Positions 1 to 9,020 of a stretch of 64,000 nucleotides of DNA are shown piece by piece (the stretch's first letter is position 1; the number at the start of each line of letters is the position of its first letter). Origin of the DNA: Pyrinomonadaceae bacterium. Lineage in GTDB: Bacteria; Acidobacteriota; Blastocatellia; Pyrinomonadales; Pyrinomonadaceae. The position numbers were made by a program, and so were the translations under genes. The stretch is from positions 32,001 to 96,000 of the forward strand of contig JBKBYA010000010.1 of NCBI GenBank assembly GCA_046313635.1, written 5' to 3'. The notes under the pieces are model-generated. The model was not told where the DNA came from. It did no database searches and saw only the letters and a list, made by a program, of their open reading frames with translations.

Positions 1-760
1 TTGAAGGTACGATCGGCGTGCCCAAGAGCGGCAGCCAGACCTGCCCGCCGTGAGTGTGGGCCGCGAGCATAAGCCGCAGGTCGCGTGAGACGACGATCTT
101 CGGGTCGGTAACGATCGGAAAGACGTCGGGCGAGTGCTCGAGCGCGACGATGGGCCCCGAGCCGCCGCTCTCGGCGATGACGCGTTTGAGTCGTCCGGTG
201 TACTCCTCCCAGTTGCCGACATGCAGCTGGTCTCGCAGACCGAAGATGCGAAACGCAGTGCCGTCGTGCACCACCGATACGATCTGATCGTCGAGCACCG
301 TGTACCCGAGCCCGCGAAAGCCTGCAGCGATCTCGCCGCTGCCGTACCAGTCGTCGTGATTGCCCATCACGACCATCACGCCGTGCCTCGCACTCAGCCC
401 CGAGAGGTTTTGCATCAGCGTCGCGAGCGGCATCTTCAGCTCGCGGTCACCGAGCTCCGAGCGGCCGCCGCCGCGCTGCGAGACGTAGTCGCCGAGCAGG
501 ACGATCAGGTCCGCACTCTCGGCGTTGACGGTCTCGACGATGCGGCGAAGCTTGGCCTCGTCGACGGCGTTCGACCCGCCGTGTATGTCGGCGATCGCGA
601 CGATCTTGAGACCGTCAAGGCCTTGGGGCCAGCCGTCGATGGTGAGCGTCTGGCGGTTGACGACCAGCCGACGCGGTTCGACGAAATACGAATACGCGAG
701 TCCCGCCGCCGCGATGGCGGCAAGCATAGTGAGGACCAAAAGAACTCGGCGTCTGCTCAT
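1..760 (-). CDS. Calcineurin-like metallophosphoesterase (YkuE/YaeI-like), 3' end runs off the window
   Basis: Absent from the ORF track. Manual translation from ATG at 760 gives an N-terminal hydrophobic anchor and the motifs IADIHGG, LLGDYV, MGNHD and AHTHGGQV. Confidence 0.9.
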   Translation of the reverse strand, partial: MSRRRVLLVLTMLAAIAAAGLAYSYFVEPRRLVVNRQTLTIDGWPQGLDGLKIVAIADIHGGSNAVDEAKLRRIVETVNAESADLIVLLGDYVSQRGGGRSELGDRELKMPLATLMQNLSGLSARHGVMVVMGNHDDWYGSGEIAAGFRGLGYTVLDDQIVSVVHDGTAFRIFGLRDQLHVGNWEEYTGRLKRVIAESGGSGPIVALEHSPDVFPIVTDPKIVVSRDLRLMLAAHTHGGQVWLPLLGTPIVPS

Positions 761-870
761 AAATTGCTCGGTCGCGGCGATCAGGTCCTGAGAAAGGCGA
801 ACGCAGTTATTTCACGAAAAAGGCCGCAAAGTACGCGAAGCAGAGACGAGCGGAGAACTTAAGCACACTG

Positions 871-2625
871 TTACCGCGGAAAATACTCGCCCCAGCGGCG
901 GTCGACCAATTCGACGATGTCCTCTCGCGGCTCGACGACGCCGGGGTACCACGGCTTCATCCGCGCGTCTATGACGATCGGCGCGGCGTAGCCGATGTGG
1001 TTGTTCTTGACCGTCGACTCACGGGCATGAATGTCGGTCGCGGGATTGAACCGCGTCCAGGTCGCCCAGAGAAACTTCTCGGTCGAGCGCGCAAACTCGA
1101 TATCGTCGTGCAGCACGACGACCTGCCATTCGTCGAAAGCTCCCGAGTTCGCGATCCTCCCGGCGAGATCCTTGTCTGTCTCGTAGCGCTCGCCCTCGAC
1201 GACGAGGCAGCCGCCGCAGTACGGTTCGGCGCGGCGAGTGCCCGCCGGCAGAGTGCCGCGGAACTCGCGCGTGAGTTCCCTTTTCGCTTCGCCCGTTCCG
1301 ATCATGATTGCCTTGCTGCCGTGATTGATCTTGCCGCTTGCGTAGTCGAGCGTGTCGAAGGCGGTCTGGCTGAAGATGAACAGATCTCGCTGCCACTCGA
1401 CGCGGGCGAGCACGTGCTCAAACAGTCGTTTGAAATCGCGCAGGTCCTGCGGCGTATCGGTGAGCAAAAGGAATTTTGTCAGCGAGAGCTGGCCCTCGCC
1501 TAGAATGCGAAATCCAGCCGACAAAGCTTCTCTCGCGTAGCGCTCGCGGACGACCGCTGCGGCGAGCGAATGAAATCCCGTTTCGCCGTAGCTCCAAAGG
1601 TCGCGCACCGCCGGCATCACGAGCGGAAAGAGCGGCGACAAGAGCTCCTGCAGGTAGTCGCCGATAAAGAAATCTTCCTGCCGCGGCTTGCCGACGACGG
1701 TCGCCGGCCAGATCGCGTCCCGGCGATGAAAGACCGCCTTTGCGTGAAAGACCGGATAATCGTGCGTCAGCGAATAGTAGCCGTAGTGATCGCCGAACGG
1801 GCCCTCGGGGCATCGCTCGTGCGGCGGCACCTCGCCGCAGATGGCAAATTCGGCCTCGGCGATCAGGCGATGGTGGCCGGCGAGCGGGTTTTCGACGGTC
1901 GCGATCTTCGCGTCGGCGAGCAAAGACGCGAGCATCAATTCCGGCACATCTTCCGGCAGCGGCGCGATCGCCGAGAGGATCATCGCCGGCGGGCCGCCGA
2001 GAAATACCGTAACGGGCAGCGAACGACCTTGCCGCTCGGCCTCGTAGTAGTGAAAACCGCCGCCCTTGCCGATCTGCCAGTGCATCCCGGTCGTGCGTTT
2101 GTCGTATCGCTGTATGCGGTACATCCCGAGATTGGGCTTGCCGGTCGTCGGGCTCTCGGTATAGACAAGCGGCAGCGTGACGAAGTGGCCGCCGTCCTCG
2201 TGCCAGAGCTGCAGGAGCGGGAGCCTTTCGAGATCGACTTGCGGTTGGCGAGACTCGAGCACGGGCGCGCTGCCCACGCTCTTTGTGCCGAGCTTGAGCG
2301 CCGTCATTCCCATGTCGCGGTACGACCAGAGCTTGCCGAGCTTGGGCGGGACGAGCAGCTCGACCATCTCGACCGCACGGCGAACGAATTCCTGCGGACG
2401 CTTGCCGAAGGCCAGCTCGATCCGCCGCACCGTGCCGAACATATTCGTCACGACCGGAAACTGCGAGCCCTTCACGTTCGTGAAAAGCAGCGCCTTTCCC
2501 TGCTCGTCGATCACGCGGCGGTGGATCTCGGCGATCTCAAGATACGGGTCGACCTCGGCGGTCACCTCGACGATCTCTCGCTCGCGGCGGAGCGTTTCGA
2601 TGAACGAACGCAGATTCTTGTGCAT
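871..2625 (-). CDS. UbiD family prFMN-dependent decarboxylase (long form, possibly menaquinone-related)
   Basis: Motifs NLGMYRIQ, EGPFGDHYGYY, GKPRQED, DTLDY and IDARMK. Start placed at MHKNL. Confidence 0.9.
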   Translation of the reverse strand: MHKNLRSFIETLRREREIVEVTAEVDPYLEIAEIHRRVIDEQGKALLFTNVKGSQFPVVTNMFGTVRRIELAFGKRPQEFVRRAVEMVELLVPPKLGKLWSYRDMGMTALKLGTKSVGSAPVLESRQPQVDLERLPLLQLWHEDGGHFVTLPLVYTESPTTGKPNLGMYRIQRYDKRTTGMHWQIGKGGGFHYYEAERQGRSLPVTVFLGGPPAMILSAIAPLPEDVPELMLASLLADAKIATVENPLAGHHRLIAEAEFAICGEVPPHERCPEGPFGDHYGYYSLTHDYPVFHAKAVFHRRDAIWPATVVGKPRQEDFFIGDYLQELLSPLFPLVMPAVRDLWSYGETGFHSLAAAVVRERYAREALSAGFRILGEGQLSLTKFLLLTDTPQDLRDFKRLFEHVLARVEWQRDLFIFSQTAFDTLDYASGKINHGSKAIMIGTGEAKRELTREFRGTLPAGTRRAEPYCGGCLVVEGERYETDKDLAGRIANSGAFDEWQVVVLHDDIEFARSTEKFLWATWTRFNPATDIHARESTVKNNHIGYAAPIVIDARMKPWYPGVVEPREDIVELVDRRWGEYFPR

Positions 2626-2707
2626 AAAGAGAATGGGCCGAGCGATGCGGCCCACGATCTATCTAACAACGATCTCGTCTTGATCGAGCTGCGGGCCCGC
2701 AGTACGG

Positions 2708-3559
2708 TCAGACGGCGTAGTCGTAAAAGCCCTTGCCGCTCTTGCGGCCGAGCCAGCCGGCGTCGACGTACTTCTTGAGCAGCGGGCACGGACGGTATTT
2801 TGGGTCGCCGAGTCCCTCGTGCAGCACGTCGAGGATCGCGAGGCAGACGTCGAGGCCGATAAAGTCGGCGAGCGTGAGCGGACCCATCGGGTGATTCATT
2901 CCGAGCTTCATTATTTCGTCGATCGCCTCGCGCGTCGCGACGCCTTCGTAGAGTGCAAAGACGGCCTCGTTGATCATCGGCATCAGGACGCGGTTTGAAA
3001 CAAAGCCCGGGTAGTCGTTGCATTCGACCGGTACTTTGCCGAGCCGCTCGGAGAGATCTTTGACCTTTGCGTAGGTCTCGTCCGACGTCGCGATGCCGCG
3101 GATGACCTCGACGAGCTTCATCAGCGGGACGGGATTGAAAAAGTGCATTCCGATCACCTTGTCGGGACGATTTGTCACGGCCGCGATCTTTGTGATCGAG
3201 ATCGACGAGGTGTTTGACGCGAGGATCGCGTCGGGGCCGGTAACGGCGTCGACCTTTTGAAAGATCGACCGCTTGATCTCAAAATTCTCGGTCGCCGCCT
3301 CGACGACGAGCGAGCATCCGGCGAGATCGTCGAGCGAGGTCGTCGTTTTGATCCGGCCGAGGATCTCGCCCTTTTTCTCTTCGGTGATCGTCTCTTTTTT
3401 AACGAATCTGTCGAGACTCTTGCTGATATTCGCGACGCCGCGGCCGACGAGGTCTTCCGAGATATCGCACATCAATACGTCGATGCCGGCCGAGGCCGCC
3501 GTCTGCGCGATGCCGTTGCCCATCGTGCCCGCGCCGATGACTCCGATCAATTCACTCAT
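2708..3559 (-). CDS. hbd: 3-hydroxybutyryl-CoA dehydrogenase
   Basis: [11 protein letters not shown]ossmann motif, [14 protein letters not shown] and HPMGP..LAD..GLD. Confidence 0.95.
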   Translation of the reverse strand: MSELIGVIGAGTMGNGIAQTAASAGIDVLMCDISEDLVGRGVANISKSLDRFVKKETITEEKKGEILGRIKTTTSLDDLAGCSLVVEAATENFEIKRSIFQKVDAVTGPDAILASNTSSISITKIAAVTNRPDKVIGMHFFNPVPLMKLVEVIRGIATSDETYAKVKDLSERLGKVPVECNDYPGFVSNRVLMPMINEAVFALYEGVATREAIDEIMKLGMNHPMGPLTLADFIGLDVCLAILDVLHEGLGDPKYRPCPLLKKYVDAGWLGRKSGKGFYDYAV

Positions 3560-3600
3560 TTTGATAATTACCTCTTAAGTTGTGATGTATAACGCGAAGC

Positions 3601-3620
3601 TCGAATTTAGCTAAATTCGA
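3601..3620. promoter_or_regulatory. Perfect 20-bp palindrome upstream of hbd, candidate operator
   Basis: TCGAATTTAGCTAAATTCGA is its own reverse complement and lies about 40 bp upstream of the hbd ATG. Confidence 0.5.
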
Positions 3621-3625
3621 CATCC

Positions 3626-3662
3626 AAAACAAACAGGCGGCGGCCCGCGAGAGCCGTCGCCC
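3626..3662 (-). terminator. Probable intrinsic terminator after the membrane protein gene
   Basis: Minus strand reads GGCGACGGCTC-TCGC-GGGCCGCCGCC followed by TGTTTGTTTT. Confidence 0.6.
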
Positions 3663-3685
3663 GTACGTGCGAGATCGCCGAGACC

Positions 3686-4120
3686 CTACTGCCAGCTGCT
3701 CGGCGGCGGCGGGGCCTGAAAGCCGGGGCCCTGACCGCCTCCGTCGTAGAGCGATCGCCCGAGATCGCCGAGCAAAAACCAGAGGCCGTAAATGCCCAGC
3801 GCGGTGCCGAGCGGAAAATTGAGCAGGGCGAGAATGCTCGCCACGATACCCAGCGTGCGGCCGATCGCCGCGCGCCTGCGCAGCTTGACGCCCGTAAAGA
3901 AAAAGAAAGCGGCCAGGGCCAAAACGCAGAGACCGACCAGCAGCCCGACGACAAACATCACGCCGCCGACTATCTGGTCCTCGTCGCGGGTGCCCATGCC
4001 GAGCATTGCGACGCCCACGCCAGCGTAGATGAGCATCATAAAAACGCCGACGAGAGCGGCAAGGCCGGCCTTGATCAAGAAAAAGATGCCGAGGAGATTG
4101 TTGTGGTCATTAGCGGTCAT
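3686..4120 (-). CDS. Hypothetical integral membrane protein (3-4 TM)
   Basis: Hydrophobic segments, FPLGTALGIY motif, Pro-rich tail, upstream GAGGTG RBS. Confidence 0.85.
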   Translation of the reverse strand: MTANDHNNLLGIFFLIKAGLAALVGVFMMLIYAGVGVAMLGMGTRDEDQIVGGVMFVVGLLVGLCVLALAAFFFFTGVKLRRRAAIGRTLGIVASILALLNFPLGTALGIYGLWFLLGDLGRSLYDGGGQGPGFQAPPPPSSWQ

Positions 4121-4139
4121 TGCTTCACCTCAAAATGAA

Positions 4140-4181
4140 TTGCGGCCGCCGCAATTCTAAATGAAATTACGGCGGCCGCAA
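4140..4181 (-). terminator. 17-bp stem-loop downstream of thiolase (terminator or stability hairpin)
   Basis: TTGCGGCCGCCGCAATT...AATTACGGCGGCCGCAA; the single mismatch becomes a G-U pair on the minus-strand transcript. Confidence 0.6.
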
Positions 4182-4202
4182 ATCGATAGTTGCAGCTTTA
4201 GC

Positions 4203-5396
4203 TCAGATCCTCTCGACCGCCATCGCGACCGAATTGCCGCCGCCGAGACAGAGGCCCGCGACGCCGCGCTTTGCGCCGCGCCGCTTCATCTCGTAGAGCA
4301 GCGTGGTCAGGACGCGTCCGCCCGAGTTGCCGATCGCGTGACCGAGGGCGACGGCACCGCCGTTGACGTTGACGAGTTCGGGATCGATGCCGAGCTCTTT
4401 TACGACGCCGAGAGCCTGGACGGAGAACGCCTCGTTCAACTCAAACAGCTCGACGTCCTTGAGCTCCCAGCCTGCCTTTGCGACCGCCCGCCGTACGCCT
4501 TCGACCGGGGCGAGCATTATGTACTTTGGTTCGATGCCCGAGACGGCATACGAGACCACGCGCGCAAGAGGCTCGACGCCGAGCTCGCCGGCCTTGCGCG
4601 ACGATGTGACGACGAGCGCCGACGCACCGTCGTTGACGCCCGGGGCGTTGCCGGCCGTGACAGTGCCGCCATCCTTTTTGAAAGCCGGCTTGAGCTTGCC
4701 GAGCGTCTCGACCGTCGTGTCGGGCCGCACCGGCTCGTCGTAGTCGAAGACGATCGGGTCGCCCTTCTTCTGCGGGATCTCGATCGGAATTATCTCGTCT
4801 TTGAAGTAGCCCTTCTGATGGGCCTCGTACGCCTTGCGATGCGAGTTGTAGGCAAACTCGTCCTGCGTCTCGCGTGTGATCTGATGCTTCTCGGCCACGA
4901 CCTCGCCGGTGTTGCCCATGTGCCAATTCTCAAAGGGACACCAAAGTCCGTCGTGGATCATCAGGTCGAGCACCTGCTGGTTGCCCATCCGGTAGCCGTC
5001 GCGAGCTCCCGGCATTGCGTACGGAATGTTGGACATCGATTCCATGCCGCCGGCGACGACAAAGTCCATATCGCCGAGTTTGATCGACTGCGCCGCGAGG
5101 GCGACGGCCCGCAGACCGGAGCCGCAGACCATGTTGACCGTCAGCGCCGAGACCTCCGGGGGCAGCCCGGCCTTGAGCGCCGCCTGACGCGCGGGAGCCT
5201 GGCCGAGTCCCGCCTGAACGACGCAGCCCATTATGACCTCGTCGACCTTTGCCGGATCGATGCCGGCGCGTTTGACCGCTTCTCTGATAGCGATCGCTCC
5301 GAGCTCGGGGGCCGTAAAGCCCTTAAGCATTCCCTGAAATTTTCCCGTCGGCGTGCGAGCCGCGCTTACGATAACTGCATCATTGATCTCAGCCAT
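4203..5396 (-). CDS. Acetyl-CoA C-acetyltransferase (thiolase)
   Basis: [17 protein letters not shown] and CLGGG catalytic motifs. Start at MAEIND. Confidence 0.95.
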   Translation of the reverse strand: MAEINDAVIVSAARTPTGKFQGMLKGFTAPELGAIAIREAVKRAGIDPAKVDEVIMGCVVQAGLGQAPARQAALKAGLPPEVSALTVNMVCGSGLRAVALAAQSIKLGDMDFVVAGGMESMSNIPYAMPGARDGYRMGNQQVLDLMIHDGLWCPFENWHMGNTGEVVAEKHQITRETQDEFAYNSHRKAYEAHQKGYFKDEIIPIEIPQKKGDPIVFDYDEPVRPDTTVETLGKLKPAFKKDGGTVTAGNAPGVNDGASALVVTSSRKAGELGVEPLARVVSYAVSGIEPKYIMLAPVEGVRRAVAKAGWELKDVELFELNEAFSVQALGVVKELGIDPELVNVNGGAVALGHAIGNSGGRVLTTLLYEMKRRGAKRGVAGLCLGGGNSVAMAVERI

Positions 5397-5473
5397 ATTC
5401 GTTCCTTCGTTATACGGATATAAAAATCGGGTATGAGCCAAAGCTTTAAATTATCACTTCCGCCGGCAAACGA

Positions 5474-6766
5474 CTACGAGAGGCTGCCAAAGCGTTCGTA
5501 GGCTTCGGCCGCCAGCTTTTCGCGATGGTCGGGATGGGCGATCGAGATGAGTTCCCGGGCCCGCTGCCTGAGATTCTTGCCGTAGAGATCGGCGATGCCG
5601 TATTCGGTGACGATGTAGTGTGCGTGTGCCCTTGTGGTGACGACGCCGGCGCCCGGTTTGAGAAAATTGACGATCTTGCTCTCGCCCTTTGACGTGACGG
5701 ACGGCAGGGCGATGATCGGCTTTCCGCCCTCGGAGAGCGACGCTCCGCGGATAAAGTCCATCTGCCCGCCGACCCCGGAGTAAAGCCTCGTCCCGATCGA
5801 ATCGGCGCAGACCTGACCGGTGACGTCGACCTCGATGGCGCTGTTGATCGCCGTCACCTTCGGGTTTCGGCGGATGACCGAAGTGTCGTTGACGTACGCG
5901 ATATCGAGCATCAGCACCTGCGGGTTGTCGTCAACAAAGTCGTACAGCCGCTGCGTGCCCATCACAAATCCGGCGACGATCTTGCCCGGATGCTTTGCCT
6001 TGCGGATGCCGGTGACCACGCCGCGCTCGACAAGGTCGATCACGCCGTCCGAGAACATCTCCGTATGGATGCCGAGATCTTTATGCCCGCCGAGCGCGGC
6101 GAGGACGGCATTCGGTATCGAGCCTATCCCCATCTGCAGCGTCGCGCCGTCGTCGATCAGCTCGGCGACGTGACGGCCGATCGCGCGGTCGACGTCGGTC
6201 AGTGTCGGCGGCGCGACCTCCGGCAGCGGCCGGTCGACCTCGACCATCGCGTCGATGCGGCCGACGTGAACGAGCGCGTCGCCGATCGTTCTCGGCATTC
6301 GCGGATTGACCTGCGCGATAACGACCTTTGCGGTATCTACCGCTGCCCGCGCGATATCGACCGAGACGCCGAGCGAGCAAAAGCCGTGCTTGTCAGGCGG
6401 CGACACGCTGATCATGGCGACGTCCAGCGGGAGCACGCCGCGGCGGAACAAAGAAGGGATCTCCGAGAGGAATACGGGCACATAGTCGGCACGACCCTCG
6501 TTGACGGCCTGTCTTACATTTCCCGCGACAAAGAACGCATTGACGCGAAAGCTGCCGGCGAGCTCGGGCCGTGCATACGGAGCGTCGCCCTCGGTGTGAA
6601 GGTGGACGATCTCGACGTCCCGCAGTTCGTCCGCGCGTTCGGCCATCGCATGCGTGAGCACGCTCGGCACCGCCGCTACACCGTGAACGAACACGCGGTC
6701 GCCCGACTTGATGCGCTTGACCGCGTCGGCGGCTGAGGTGAGCTTGTTTGTGATACTCGCGATCAT
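5474..6766 (-). CDS. Acetyl-CoA hydrolase / 4-hydroxybutyrate CoA-transferase family protein
   Basis: LQMGIG, HTEM, SGVGGQMDF and VTEYG motifs. The ATG overlaps the upstream gene's TGA (ATGA). Confidence 0.92.
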   Translation of the reverse strand: MIASITNKLTSAADAVKRIKSGDRVFVHGVAAVPSVLTHAMAERADELRDVEIVHLHTEGDAPYARPELAGSFRVNAFFVAGNVRQAVNEGRADYVPVFLSEIPSLFRRGVLPLDVAMISVSPPDKHGFCSLGVSVDIARAAVDTAKVVIAQVNPRMPRTIGDALVHVGRIDAMVEVDRPLPEVAPPTLTDVDRAIGRHVAELIDDGATLQMGIGSIPNAVLAALGGHKDLGIHTEMFSDGVIDLVERGVVTGIRKAKHPGKIVAGFVMGTQRLYDFVDDNPQVLMLDIAYVNDTSVIRRNPKVTAINSAIEVDVTGQVCADSIGTRLYSGVGGQMDFIRGASLSEGGKPIIALPSVTSKGESKIVNFLKPGAGVVTTRAHAHYIVTEYGIADLYGKNLRQRARELISIAHPDHREKLAAEAYERFGSLS

Positions 6767-7236
6767 TCTCTTCCAATGTCCTCGTTCCAAAGCTCGGGAT
6801 GCGCGGCGATGAAGCCGGCCATCATCTCGATGCATTCGGCCGAGTTCAGGTCGACGACGCGGACGCCCTTCTCGCGGAGCCATTCGACGCCGCCGGCAAA
6901 ATTCACCGACTCGCCGACGACGACCGTGCCGATATTGAATTGCACGATCAGTCCGCTGCAGAACCAGCACGGAGCGAGTGTCGTGACCATTATCTTGTCG
7001 CGATACGTGCGCTGCCGGCCCGCCTTGCGAAACGCGTCGGTCTCGCCGTGGATCGACGGGTCGCCCTCCTGCACGCGCCGATTGCGGCCGCGGCCGAGCA
7101 GCCGCCCCTCGGCGTCAAAGAGCGCAGCGCCGACCGGCACGCCGCCTTCGGCAAGGCCCAGCCGAGCTTCTTCGATCGCGACGTCGAGCATCGATCGGTG
7201 ATCTGCGAGAGCGCTGCTGTCGGTCATGCTCACCAT
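6763..7236 (-). CDS. Zn-dependent nucleoside/cytosine deaminase (small CDA-fold, yeast Fcy1-like)
   Basis: HGE and PCWFC zinc motifs, C-terminal WNEDIG. Confidence 0.9.
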   Translation of the reverse strand: MVSMTDSSALADHRSMLDVAIEEARLGLAEGGVPVGAALFDAEGRLLGRGRNRRVQEGDPSIHGETDAFRKAGRQRTYRDKIMVTTLAPCWFCSGLIVQFNIGTVVVGESVNFAGGVEWLREKGVRVVDLNSAECIEMMAGFIAAHPELWNEDIGRE

Positions 7237-7332
7237 AGCTTACCTGCCCGCAGCCCGACGCGAAGGTCTCGTCATCGAGCGCCCCGTTTGATTACGAAGG
7301 GCTGAAGTTCATATCATCGAACTCAGGAGATT

Positions 7333-7695
7333 ATGTCGCAGCAGTTCGAGGCAGGAGACTTTTTGATCTTTCAGCTGGAGGCCGGCTACGCCCTGCTCAA
7401 GATCCTGGCGATCGACGGCGACGGCGACGAAAGGGTCTGGCACCTCGCCGCGTACGAGGACCTCTTTATGGACGTCGACTCGGCGGACGACGCGATCTCG
7501 AACAACGCTGCTTTGTTAAAGCTCGGCAACCCTCACCTCGCTCTGACGACCCGCGCGTTTCTGAGTACGCAGGTCGCGAGGATGGGCAACGCCGGCGTCA
7601 GTGATGAGGAACGCGAGCGAGTGTCCGCCTGGCGCCTCGACCCTACATCTCACGCATCTGACCGATCGGTCCGCCTGCTGCTCGGGCTGCGCTGA
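7333..7695 (+). CDS. Hypothetical protein
   Basis: AGGAG RBS, 120-aa ORF that fills the gap between flanking genes. Confidence 0.8.
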   Translation: MSQQFEAGDFLIFQLEAGYALLKILAIDGDGDERVWHLAAYEDLFMDVDSADDAISNNAALLKLGNPHLALTTRAFLSTQVARMGNAGVSDEERERVSAWRLDPTSHASDRSVRLLLGLR

Positions 7696-7712
7696 CGCCC
7701 GCTTGAGAGCGG

Positions 7713-8891
7713 CTATTTCAAACCCCGGCGTTTCAATTCTTTCAATATCAGATCAAGCTCTCGGCTGACCTGGCCGGCGGTCGCGGTATTCTCCTCGGCA
7801 CGACGTATGAGATACGGCACGGCGTCGTCGACCGGCCCGTAGGGAACGTATTTCGTCACGTTGTAGCCGTGCTTGGCGAGGACGTACGAGAGGTTGTCGC
7901 TCATCCCGTAAAGCTGCGAAAAGTTGATATGAGGATGATCGTTCGGCAGGCCGAGCTGGTTCATCCGCCGGACGAGCAGCTGCGTGCTGTACTCGTTGTG
8001 CGTCGCGTTGACGAATGAGACCTCGTCGACGTGCTTCAGGCAGTATTCGATCGCAGCGTTAAAGTCGGCGTCGGTCGAGGCCTTGTCGTCGTGGATTGGC
8101 GACGGGTAGCCTTTCTCCGCGGCACGCTCGCGTTCTTTTTCCATATAAGCGCCGCGAACGAGCTTCATGCCCAAGATGTATCCCTTGGCCGATGCCTGGC
8201 GTCGCGAGTCGCGGAGAAACTGCAGGCGGTCGGTGCGGTAGAGCTGGACCGTGTTATGCACTATCGCCCGCTCTTGATTGAATCGCTGCATCATCTCGTT
8301 GGCGAGCCGGTCGATGGCGTCCTGTATCCACGAGTCCTCGGCGTCGATGAATATGGGCTGCCCGATCGCCGCGGCGTGTGAGCAGATCTCCTCGACGCGA
8401 TTGTGGATCCGCTCGGCCTTGGCCTGGCTCTTGGCGTCGAGCTTCTTTTTGCAGCTCAGCCGCTCGAGCGTCCCGAGCGGTGCGATGCCCGTGACCTTAA
8501 AGACCGAAAACGGAATATTCGGGTCGTCCTTGGCACGATCGATCGTCCGGATGATCTCGTCCTTGGTCGCGTCGAACGCTTCTTCGGTCGTTTTGCCTTC
8601 GACCGAATAATCGAGAATGGTGCCGATGCCCGATGAAGCGAGCCGCTCGATGACGCGGTCGCATTCGGCGATCGTCTCGCCGCCGCAGAACTGCTCGTAG
8701 ATGGTCGATTTGATCAGGCCCTTGACCGGCAGGCCCATCGAGAGGGCAAATTTTGCGGCACGTGTGCTGAGGGCGTTCAGCGTCGGCGAGTTGAGGATGC
8801 TAAAGAGCCGGTACTTTTCTTTTAATTCGGCGTCCGACTTGTCTGCAAACGCCGTCGCGGTGTCCTGGAAGTCCAGTGTGAAATCCGTCAT
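7713..8891 (-). CDS. Monofunctional proline dehydrogenase
   Basis: IDAE, KLVRGAY, ATHN, QLYGM and KYVPYG..YLIRRAEEN motifs. Start at MTDF. Confidence 0.93.
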   Translation of the reverse strand: MTDFTLDFQDTATAFADKSDAELKEKYRLFSILNSPTLNALSTRAAKFALSMGLPVKGLIKSTIYEQFCGGETIAECDRVIERLASSGIGTILDYSVEGKTTEEAFDATKDEIIRTIDRAKDDPNIPFSVFKVTGIAPLGTLERLSCKKKLDAKSQAKAERIHNRVEEICSHAAAIGQPIFIDAEDSWIQDAIDRLANEMMQRFNQERAIVHNTVQLYRTDRLQFLRDSRRQASAKGYILGMKLVRGAYMEKERERAAEKGYPSPIHDDKASTDADFNAAIEYCLKHVDEVSFVNATHNEYSTQLLVRRMNQLGLPNDHPHINFSQLYGMSDNLSYVLAKHGYNVTKYVPYGPVDDAVPYLIRRAEENTATAGQVSRELDLILKELKRRGLK

Positions 8892-8928
8892 ACAAAGCGG
8901 CCCCGCAGTCCACGGGGCGCGAATGCTC

Positions 8929-8957
8929 AGATTAAGACATCGCATTTTTTTCCGCAA
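8929..8957 (-). promoter_or_regulatory. Candidate sigma70 promoter for proline dehydrogenase
   Basis: TTGCGG-N17-TAATCT on the minus strand. Confidence 0.45.
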
Positions 8958-8958
8958 A

Positions 8959-8987
8959 TTGTGTCTGCCCGGTGATTCACTTATCAT
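8959..8987 (+). promoter_or_regulatory. Candidate sigma70 promoter for proS
   Basis: TTGTGT-N17-TATCAT. Confidence 0.5.
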
Positions 8988-9020
8988 TTTTGCTTTGTCG
9001 CGCCGACGCGCAACTCAACT

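Noticed and set aside
134..862. 242-aa plus-strand ORF
   Set aside because: It is antisense to the metallophosphoesterase, which the ORF track missed because its stop lies outside the window.
8988..9020. T-box riboswitch before proS
   Set aside because: The leader is far too short and has no T-box motif.
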